In this document: positions 39,661 through 47,058 of the stretch, piece after piece
Position numbering within the stretch: position 1 is the stretch's first letter
Layout: each line of letters starts with the position of its first letter
NCBI GenBank assembly: GCA_944321335.1
Contig: CALUKX010000006.1
Coordinates: 7,166 to 71,165, forward strand
Length of the DNA: 64,000 nt
Reading direction: 5' to 3'
Source of the DNA: an uncultured Phocaeicola sp.
GTDB lineage: Bacteria > Bacteroidota > Bacteroidia > Bacteroidales > Bacteroidaceae
Notes under the pieces: model-generated
Told to the model about the DNA's origin: nothing
Databases searched by the model: none
What the model saw: the letters and a program-made list of their open reading frames with translations, nothing else
Program-made: the position numbers and the translations under genes

Positions 39661-42621
39661 ATGCTTGGCCGTATAAATCTGAAACAACTTTATTTTAAAG
39701 ATACTCAATTCGTTAACTTAATGACTCGCCGCATTTTTAACATCCTTCTGGTGGCGAACCCCTATGATGCATTTATGTTGGAGGATGATGGGCGTATCGA
39801 TGAAAAGATATTCAACGAATACATGAGCCTCAGCTTGCGTTATCCGCCTCGTTTTACACAGGTTTCAACGGAGGAAGAGGCTTGGCGGAAATTGGGCGAA
39901 ACCCGATTCGATCTGGTAATCTGTATGCCGGGCTCTGATAATAGTGATACTTTCGAAATCGGTAGAAAGATTAAGGAGCGTTATCCGAAGATTCCTTTGG
40001 TGGTACTTACTCCATTTTCTCATGGAATCCGTGAACGGATGGAGCATGAAGATTTGAGTATCTTTGAATATGTATTCTGTTGGTTGGGAAATACCGACCT
40101 TTTGGTTTCCATCCATAAACTGATAGAGGATAAGATGAATCTGGAGCACGATATCAAGGAGGTGGGAGTGCAGATGATTCTGCTTGTGGAAGATTCCATC
40201 CGTTTCTATTCATCGATTCTTCCCAATCTCTATAAGTTTGTCTTGCAACAGAGTCAGGAATTTGCTACCGAAGCGTTGAACGAGCACCAGCGTACATTGC
40301 GAATGCGTGGGCGTCCTAAAATTGTTTTGGCCCGTAATTATGAAGAGGCTATGGATCTTTATGAGCGGTATCAGAACAACACTTTAGGAATCATTTCGGA
40401 TGCCCGTTTCCCGAGGGATGGAGAAATGGATCCTTTGGCCGGAGTGAAGTTCCTTACGGAAGTACGTAGCCGTGACCCGTTTATTCCATTGATTCTCCAA
40501 TCGTCGGAGGAGGAAAACCGTAAATATGTGAAAGATCTGGACGCGTCTTTCATCGATAAGAATTCCAAGAAAATGAATCTGGATCTACGTGAAACCGTTT
40601 CAGACAATTTCGGTTTCGGGGATTTCATATTCCGCGATCCTGAAACGATGAAGGAAGTGGCGAGAGTTCATAATCTGAAGGAATTGCAGAATGTGGTGTT
40701 TTCCATCCCGGCAGATTCTTTCCTTTATCATATTAGCCGTAATCACGTATCCCGCTGGCTGTATTCCCGTGCCATTTTCCCTGTTGCTGAGTTCTTGAAA
40801 CAAGTGACTTGGGAATCGTTGCAGGATATTGATGCCCACCGGCAAATCATTTTCGATGCTATCGTAAGATATCGCAAGATGAAGAATCAAGGGGTAGTTG
40901 CAGTCTTTGAACGCGACAGGTTCGACCGTTATTCGAATTTTGCCCGTATAGGTGACGGCTCTTTGGGAGGAAAAGGTCGTGGCTTGGCATTTATTGATAA
41001 TATGGTTAAGCATCATCCCGAATTTGATGATTTTGAGAATGCACAAGTGGTTATCCCGAAGACCGTCGTTTTATGTACCGATATCTTCGATGAGTTTATG
41101 GAAGCCAATTGCTTGTATCAGATAGCGTTGAGTGATGCCAGCGATGAAACTATATTGAAGGCATTCTTACGTGCCAAACTTCCCGACAGGTTGGTAGAGG
41201 ATTTCTTCACTTTCTTCGATGTGGTCCATGCACCGATTGCCATCCGCTCATCCAGCTTGTTGGAGGATTCGCATTATCAACCATTTGCCGGAATCTATTC
41301 TACATATATGATTCCTTATCTGGAGGATAAATACGAGATGCTCCGCATGCTGAGTGATGCCATTAAAGGGGTTTATGCATCGGTGTTCTATAAGGATAGC
41401 AAGGCTTATATGCAGGCTACCAGTAATGTGATCGATGAAGAAAAAATGGCTGTTATACTGCAGGAAGTAGTCGGTACCCAGTATGGCGATCGGTTTTATC
41501 CCTCAATCTCAGGTGTGGCGCGCTCCATCAATTATTATCCCATCAATGAAGAATTGGCAGAAGAAGGTACAGTGAGCCTGGCTTTGGGATTGGGAAAATA
41601 CATTGTTGATGGTGGACTTACATTGCGTGTATGTCCGTATCATCCCGACAAGGTATTGCAGACCAGTGAAATGGAGATGGCCTTACGTGAAACTCAGACC
41701 CGTTTCTATGCACTTGACTTGAAGAATTTGGGAGAAAACTTCTCTTTGGATGATGGCTTCAATTTATTGAAACTCCCGGTTAAGGAAGCGGAAAATGACG
41801 GTTCGCTAACCTACATCGCATCTACTTACGATCCCTATGATATGGTGATTCGTGATGGGATTTATCCGGGAGGCCGGAAAGTTATTACGTTTGCCAATAT
41901 CTTGCAGCATGAGGTTTTCCCTTTGGCAAAAATCTTGCAGCTGGTTCAGAAATATGGTCAAGGTGAAATGCGTCGTCCCGTTGAAATTGAATTTGCCGTA
42001 AATCTGAATGCAAAAGATAAGACCGGAATTTTTTATCTGTTGCAGATCCGACCGATGGTAGATGTTAAAGCCGATTTGGATGAGGACTTGACTCTGGTAT
42101 CTGATGATAAACTGTTGTTGAAGAGTGAAAACTCGTTGGGGCATGGTATAATGGAAGACATTCAGGATGTAATCTATGTTAAGACTGATGGCTATTCGGC
42201 TTCTAATAATCAGCTCATTGCTTATGATATTGAAAAGCTGAATAAAAAGTTCTTGGATGAAGGAAAACATTACATCCTCGTTGGACCCGGACGGTGGGGC
42301 AGTAGTGATACTTGGTTGGGTATTCCCGTGAAATGGCCGAATATTTCTGCTGCTAGAGTGATTGTTGAAGCTGGACTTACCAATTATCGTGTGGACCCTA
42401 GCCAAGGTACACATTTCTTCCAGAATCTGACATCATTCGGAGTCGGTTATTTTACTATCAATGCCTATATCAATGATGGCTTGTACAATCAGAAACTTTT
42501 GGATGAAATGCCAGCTGTGGAAGAAACGAAATATTTAAGATGGGTTCATTTCGATAAGCCTTTGAGTGTCAAGATGGATGGTAAGAAAAAGCTTGGAATT
42601 GTAGCTTTACCTGATAACTGA
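39661..42621 (+). CDS. Receiver-domain-containing PEP synthase/PPDK N-terminal (ATP-grasp) protein of unknown function
   Basis: Two REC-like N-terminal domains. ATP-grasp motifs LGGKGRGL, IRSSSLLED..FAG, MAVILQE, GLGKYIVDG and EIEFA..YLLQIRP. C-terminal SQGTHFF segment; no pyruvate-binding barrel. Confidence 0.88.
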   Translation: MLGRINLKQLYFKDTQFVNLMTRRIFNILLVANPYDAFMLEDDGRIDEKIFNEYMSLSLRYPPRFTQVSTEEEAWRKLGETRFDLVICMPGSDNSDTFEIGRKIKERYPKIPLVVLTPFSHGIRERMEHEDLSIFEYVFCWLGNTDLLVSIHKLIEDKMNLEHDIKEVGVQMILLVEDSIRFYSSILPNLYKFVLQQSQEFATEALNEHQRTLRMRGRPKIVLARNYEEAMDLYERYQNNTLGIISDARFPRDGEMDPLAGVKFLTEVRSRDPFIPLILQSSEEENRKYVKDLDASFIDKNSKKMNLDLRETVSDNFGFGDFIFRDPETMKEVARVHNLKELQNVVFSIPADSFLYHISRNHVSRWLYSRAIFPVAEFLKQVTWESLQDIDAHRQIIFDAIVRYRKMKNQGVVAVFERDRFDRYSNFARIGDGSLGGKGRGLAFIDNMVKHHPEFDDFENAQVVIPKTVVLCTDIFDEFMEANCLYQIALSDASDETILKAFLRAKLPDRLVEDFFTFFDVVHAPIAIRSSSLLEDSHYQPFAGIYSTYMIPYLEDKYEMLRMLSDAIKGVYASVFYKDSKAYMQATSNVIDEEKMAVILQEVVGTQYGDRFYPSISGVARSINYYPINEELAEEGTVSLALGLGKYIVDGGLTLRVCPYHPDKVLQTSEMEMALRETQTRFYALDLKNLGENFSLDDGFNLLKLPVKEAENDGSLTYIASTYDPYDMVIRDGIYPGGRKVITFANILQHEVFPLAKILQLVQKYGQGEMRRPVEIEFAVNLNAKDKTGIFYLLQIRPMVDVKADLDEDLTLVSDDKLLLKSENSLGHGIMEDIQDVIYVKTDGYSASNNQLIAYDIEKLNKKFLDEGKHYILVGPGRWGSSDTWLGIPVKWPNISAARVIVEAGLTNYRVDPSQGTHFFQNLTSFGVGYFTINAYINDGLYNQKLLDEMPAVEETKYLRWVHFDKPLSVKMDGKKKLGIVALPDN

Positions 42622-42622
42622 A

Positions 42623-42674
42623 TTTACAAATAAGCGATAAACGGGACTCATCCTGTTTATCGCTTATTTGTAAA
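42623..42674. terminator. Bidirectional terminator between convergent genes
   Basis: 20-bp IR TTTACAAATAAGCGATAAAC/GTTTATCGCTTATTTGTAAA. Confidence 0.8.
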
Positions 42675-42685
42675 GATTTGCTGTC

Positions 42686-43543
42686 TTATCCGTTGTTCCG
42701 ATATTCTAACGGACTCATGCCGGTATATCGTTTGAAGTATTTCCCAAAAAATGACATGTTGGCGAAATTCAAAGATTCGGAGATTTCCTGAATGGAGAGG
42801 GTGGTCGATTTTAATTGTGCCTTGGCATCCATGATTACCATCTTTGATATAATCTCAATACAGGTTTTGCCTGTTGCCTGTTTGACTATTGTACTGAGAT
42901 GGGCATGAGTAATACCTAATCTTTTCGCATACCAGGAAACATTTCTGGTAGTATTGTAATGCTGGGTGACAAGTTGGGTAAACTCTTTACAGATTTGCTC
43001 GCTTTTGGAAAGCGGTTCCTGAAAGTTTGCCTTGTTGTTGCGATAAATCATGGCAATCCCTGCATGCATACTGTCATAAAGAAAAGGAGCGAATCTTTTT
43101 CTGTCATTCGCATTGTCATAAAATTCATACAGCTTGATGAGGAATTTCAAATATTCCTCCAACAGCTTTGCGCCTTTCGGCTTTAAAGTAATAAGAGGAC
43201 GCCCGATGGCTACATAAAGACTATCCAAAGGCGTATGGTGGAGATTTGCCTGCTCAATATAAGAGGATGAGAATCCACCAAAATAGATCTTCAAATCTCC
43301 TTCTACCCGATGAATCTGAAAAATGCTACCAGGTGTAATGGTCACAAAATCATTAGCACGTACTGTAATTCTGTTCAAGTTAATTGATGCCTCAATCTCA
43401 CCGCCCATGCACAAGACAAAAATTTCACATTTCAAACGACAAGGAAAATTTGTGTATAGGCTCAACAGCTCTTTACTGATATCCGTACCAATCAGCCATT
43501 CTTCCGGTAATTCAATCTTAGGAAGTTTGTTTTCTTTGTCCAT
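42686..43543 (-). CDS. AraC family transcriptional regulator
   Basis: C-terminal HTH SIQEISESLNFANMSFFGKYFKRYTGMSPLEYR; N-terminal cupin-like region. Confidence 0.93.
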   Translation of the reverse strand: MDKENKLPKIELPEEWLIGTDISKELLSLYTNFPCRLKCEIFVLCMGGEIEASINLNRITVRANDFVTITPGSIFQIHRVEGDLKIYFGGFSSSYIEQANLHHTPLDSLYVAIGRPLITLKPKGAKLLEEYLKFLIKLYEFYDNANDRKRFAPFLYDSMHAGIAMIYRNNKANFQEPLSKSEQICKEFTQLVTQHYNTTRNVSWYAKRLGITHAHLSTIVKQATGKTCIEIISKMVIMDAKAQLKSTTLSIQEISESLNFANMSFFGKYFKRYTGMSPLEYRNNG

Positions 43544-43634
43544 AATAACTTGAGTGTATTATTTGTGCTATTTGGTGATGCAAATTTATAGCTATTTTAA
43601 ATTTGTGTGAACTTTATCGTTTAAAACTTGTTGA

Positions 43635-43687
43635 TTTTTAGTACTATTAAACAAAACGCTAAATAATTTGTTTAATAGTACTAAAAA
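43635..43687. repeat. Perfect 21-bp inverted repeat with an 11-nt spacer in a divergent promoter region
   Basis: TTTTTAGTACTATTAAACAAA at 43635-43655 and TTTGTTTAATAGTACTAAAAA at 43667-43687. Confidence 0.85.
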
Positions 43688-43822
43688 ATAGGACAAAGCA
43701 GATATGCGGATTTTATCTGGCAGAAATGTGTTGTTCTATTCAGGATATGCTATTTCAGATCCGTTGTTTATACGTGATTGAAATATCTCTTAAATCAACA
43801 AACTATTTAATAAACTATTTAG

Positions 43823-45016
43823 ATGAAAAAGAATTTTATTTATTTCATGCTTGCTGCCTCTTGTGCAGTTTCATTTATGGCATCCTGCAACAGCGATGAC
43901 GATAGTGTTATAACTAATCCGGTGCCGTCCCAAATAACTTTTACAGATGACAATGGCTTGGATTTAACTTATGGCGGACAGCCTGTTTATGGTAAGAAAG
44001 TTATTTATACTCCTGATTCTAAAGACCCATTGAAGGCAACATTGGTTATATCAGGGAATAATCTGGAATTGGGTGGCTTGCTGGCTGCAAGAAGCAATGG
44101 TGAACAGTCTTTGGTGACATCGGGGGTAATACCCGGTACACTTTCTACAACTTTGGTGTTGGATCTGAAATTTGATGGAGCTGTCGCTGCTTTTGAAGGT
44201 TCTGCAACCCAGAATGAGGCAGCCATCAATTACAAGGGTACTGTAAGCAAAGATAAGCTCTCGCTGGCATTGAATGTTACTATGCCCAAAAATGACTTGA
44301 CGAACAGTAAATGGAGCCTGATGCCTTATGACTGTGAAGAATATACGACGGCGCCAGTCACTCTTTTGTGGAGTTCGGATAAAAATGTGGAACTGATTCC
44401 GGGTTATGATCTTCCGGTCGAATCCATATTGCAGATTGCAATGCAGCTGCCCTTGATTGGTAATGAATATAGTGTATATACGGCTTTGGAAGGCGTTTTG
44501 AAAACCGTTTCGTTCCTGCCGGATGGTAATATTGTGGCGGAATATAAAGATGAGATAGCGTCATCGGAAGCATGGAAAACTTCTGCTACCAATATGGCTA
44601 TGTATGTAGCATCGGCTGAACAGGATTCGACATTGACTTTGTACTTGAATCCGATGCAGATTATAAAGAATGTTGAGGCTGCACATTTGAGCCGTGCCGT
44701 AACTTCAGAAATCATCGGTAATTTGTCACGACAGGTGATTCCTATGCTGGCGGAGGGGGTGAAGCTGCATTATTCTATTGTCGGTAACCAACTGATGGTT
44801 TATGCCGGAACAGATTTGTTGAAGCCGTTGCTCACAGCGATATCTCCGGTGTTTAATGATGAGGCCTTCGTTCAGCAAATTGTTGATATGGTTTTGGCTA
44901 ATCCGGATATGAGTTCTATGGCTCCTATGGTAGGTCCTATGTTGCAGCAGTTACCGGCTATCATAGACATGACAACCGACATTAAGGCCGGTTTAAATCT
45001 TCAGAAAGTACAATAG
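43823..45016 (+). CDS. Surface lipoprotein, DUF4925-like
   Basis: Lipobox MASC followed by acidic NSDDD; GVIPG, FLPDGNIVAEY, LYLNP and terminal GLNLQK patterns. Confidence 0.75.
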   Translation: MKKNFIYFMLAASCAVSFMASCNSDDDSVITNPVPSQITFTDDNGLDLTYGGQPVYGKKVIYTPDSKDPLKATLVISGNNLELGGLLAARSNGEQSLVTSGVIPGTLSTTLVLDLKFDGAVAAFEGSATQNEAAINYKGTVSKDKLSLALNVTMPKNDLTNSKWSLMPYDCEEYTTAPVTLLWSSDKNVELIPGYDLPVESILQIAMQLPLIGNEYSVYTALEGVLKTVSFLPDGNIVAEYKDEIASSEAWKTSATNMAMYVASAEQDSTLTLYLNPMQIIKNVEAAHLSRAVTSEIIGNLSRQVIPMLAEGVKLHYSIVGNQLMVYAGTDLLKPLLTAISPVFNDEAFVQQIVDMVLANPDMSSMAPMVGPMLQQLPAIIDMTTDIKAGLNLQKVQ

Positions 45017-45094
45017 TCTACTGTCGGTAATGTCTGACCTTATCAAAATGAAAGTGTGAAACGCTTTGTAAAATGATTGGTTATATGTAAAGCA

Positions 45095-45129
45095 ATACCC
45101 CGCAAGAAGACGGATCTTCAGCGGGGTAT
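45095..45129. terminator. Terminator between the lipoprotein gene and convergent gdhA
   Basis: ATACCCCGC/GCGGGGTAT stem. Confidence 0.65.
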
Positions 45130-45182
45130 CCTATTCTTAAAAGGTTGTTTGTCTTTTTATTATAAAGATACTTGATTCTCTT

Positions 45183-46517
45183 TTAAACAATACCTTGAGC
45201 CATCATGGCTTTGGCAACTTTCATGAAGCCGGCAACATTGGCACCTTTCACGTAGTTGATGTAACCGTCAGGTTCAGTACCATACTGTACACAAGCTTCG
45301 TGAATGTTCTTCATGATGCTCTTCAGCTTTTCGTCTACTTCTTCCTGGCTCCAGCTCAACTTGATGGAGTTCTGAGTCATTTCCAGACCTGATACAGATA
45401 CACCACCGGCATTGGCTGCCTTACCCGGAGCATACAGAATCTTAGCTTCCTGGAATACGCGGATCGCTTCCGGAGTAGAAGGCATGTTTGCACCTTCAGA
45501 AACAGCGAATACACCGTTTGCAATCAAAGCCTTGGCATCGTCGCCGTTGATTTCATTCTGAGTTGCAGAAGGAAGGGCGATATCTGCCTTTTCGTTCCAC
45601 GGGCGAGCGCCTGCAACATACTTACAGCCATATTTTTCAGCGTATTCACGGATACGGCCACGGTACAGGTTCTTCAATTCCATGATATAATCGAGTTTTT
45701 CGCGGTCGATGCCGTCCGGATCATAGATATAACCATCTGAATCGGACATTGTAACGACTTTAGCACCCAGTTCAATCAGCTTTTCTGCTGTGTACTGAGC
45801 AACGTTACCAGAACCTGAAACCAAGCAAGTCTTACCCTTGATGTCGATGTTACGGGTCTTCAACATTTCGAGCAGGAAGTAGATGTTACCATAACCGGTA
45901 GCTTCCGGACGGATCAAAGAACCACCGAATTCGCGTCCTTTACCTGTCAGTACACCGCTAAATTCACGTGTCAGCTTCTTGTACATACCGAACATGAAAC
46001 CTACTTCACGTCCGCCAACACCGATATCACCGGCAGGAACATCGGTTTCAGGACCGATATGGCGCCACAATTCAAGCATGAAAGCCTGACAGAAACGCAT
46101 TACTTCTGCATTTGACTTGCCACGTGGAGAGAAATCCGATCCACCTTTACCACCGCCCATCGGCAATGTAGTCAATGCATTTTTGAAAGTTTGTTCGAAT
46201 GCCAGGAATTTCAGGATACCCAAGTTTACTGAGCTGTGGAAACGGATACCGCCTTTGTACGGGCCGATCGCGTTGTTATGCTGTACACGGTAACCCATGT
46301 TGGTTTGAATATTGCCTTTATCATCCATCCAAGTGACACGGAACTGATAAACTCTATCTGGAATACACAAACGTTCAATCAAGTTAACTTTATCGAATTC
46401 AGGATGTTTGTTGTATTCTTCTTCGATTGTTCCTAACACTTCTTCTACTGCCTGATGATATTCAGGTTCATTTGGAAATCTTCTCTTAAGATCTTCCAAT
46501 ACTTTTGCTGCATTCAT
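45183..46517 (-). CDS. gdhA: NAD(P)-specific glutamate dehydrogenase
   Basis: Same GDH catalytic motifs; SGSGNV, MSDSDG and EGANMP; N-terminus MNAAKVLEDLKRRFPNEPEY resembles Bacteroides GdhA. Confidence 0.92.
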   Translation of the reverse strand: MNAAKVLEDLKRRFPNEPEYHQAVEEVLGTIEEEYNKHPEFDKVNLIERLCIPDRVYQFRVTWMDDKGNIQTNMGYRVQHNNAIGPYKGGIRFHSSVNLGILKFLAFEQTFKNALTTLPMGGGKGGSDFSPRGKSNAEVMRFCQAFMLELWRHIGPETDVPAGDIGVGGREVGFMFGMYKKLTREFSGVLTGKGREFGGSLIRPEATGYGNIYFLLEMLKTRNIDIKGKTCLVSGSGNVAQYTAEKLIELGAKVVTMSDSDGYIYDPDGIDREKLDYIMELKNLYRGRIREYAEKYGCKYVAGARPWNEKADIALPSATQNEINGDDAKALIANGVFAVSEGANMPSTPEAIRVFQEAKILYAPGKAANAGGVSVSGLEMTQNSIKLSWSQEEVDEKLKSIMKNIHEACVQYGTEPDGYINYVKGANVAGFMKVAKAMMAQGIV

Positions 46518-46670
46518 AAATTAAAAAATAAGGTCTCTAATTATTATTGGTTATTTAATTTGATTGGTTACAAATGTAAAGATAAAGTTTGTTTTTCACA
46601 ATAAATATCAAGTAAATATGATATAAAACATGTAAAATGATATTTTGTGGTATTTAAACTACAAAAATAT

Positions 46671-46850
46671 TCATTTCATCCTATCCCTTATGGACCTGAT
46701 TATCGGTATGAATACCAATGCTCCCGAAATGAGTATCATCAGGATTAGCATCCCGTCTATTTTGGGGGCTGAGATGAGAAGGAAAAAGCATAGGGCAGCC
46801 CAAAAGAGGGTCAAGATGATGCATTGTGTATTGTTGAGCGGTCTTTTCAT
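46671..46850 (-). CDS. Small two-TM membrane protein (59 aa), below the ORF-track cutoff
   Basis: MKRPLNNTQCIILTLFWAALCFFLLISAPKIDGMLILMILISGALVFIPIIRSIRDRMK; basic ends flank two hydrophobic helices. Confidence 0.7.
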   Translation of the reverse strand: MKRPLNNTQCIILTLFWAALCFFLLISAPKIDGMLILMILISGALVFIPIIRSIRDRMK

Positions 46851-46887
46851 CGTCGTTTATTTAAATCCATAAAATGACTTGGAATTT

Positions 46888-46975
46888 CTCCAGTACTCTC
46901 TTGAAGATACTTCAGTATTTCCTTGAGAGTACTCCAGTACTTCCTTGAAGATACTCCGGTACTCTTTTGGAATGA
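46888..46975. repeat. Four tandem 22-bp repeats with AGTACT-like cores
   Basis: CTCCAGTACTCTCTTGAAGATA / CTTCAGTATTTCCTTGAGAGTA / CTCCAGTACTTCCTTGAAGATA / CTCCGGTACTCTTTTGGAATGA. Confidence 0.85.
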
Positions 46976-47004
46976 CTGGCTGTGGATAGGGAATTTATAA
47001 AATA

Positions 47005-47042
47005 AAAGGTATAGAGATCTGATTAAGAGTCTCTATACCTTT
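47005..47042 (-). terminator. Terminator after maeB
   Basis: AAAGGTATAGAGA/TCTCTATACCTTT stem. Confidence 0.75.
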
Positions 47043-47058
47043 CTGTTATAGGAGAAAC

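Noticed and set aside
39661-42621. Annotation as ppsA or ppdK
   Set aside because: The C-terminal PEP/pyruvate-binding barrel is missing and REC-like domains are present.
38096-46517. Recent duplication or assembly artefact of gdh
   Set aside because: The two proteins differ widely at the N-terminus and cofactor domain, consistent with the known GdhA/GdhB pair.
46645-46872. 75-aa + strand ORF
   Set aside because: Antisense shadow of the more plausible 59-aa membrane protein.
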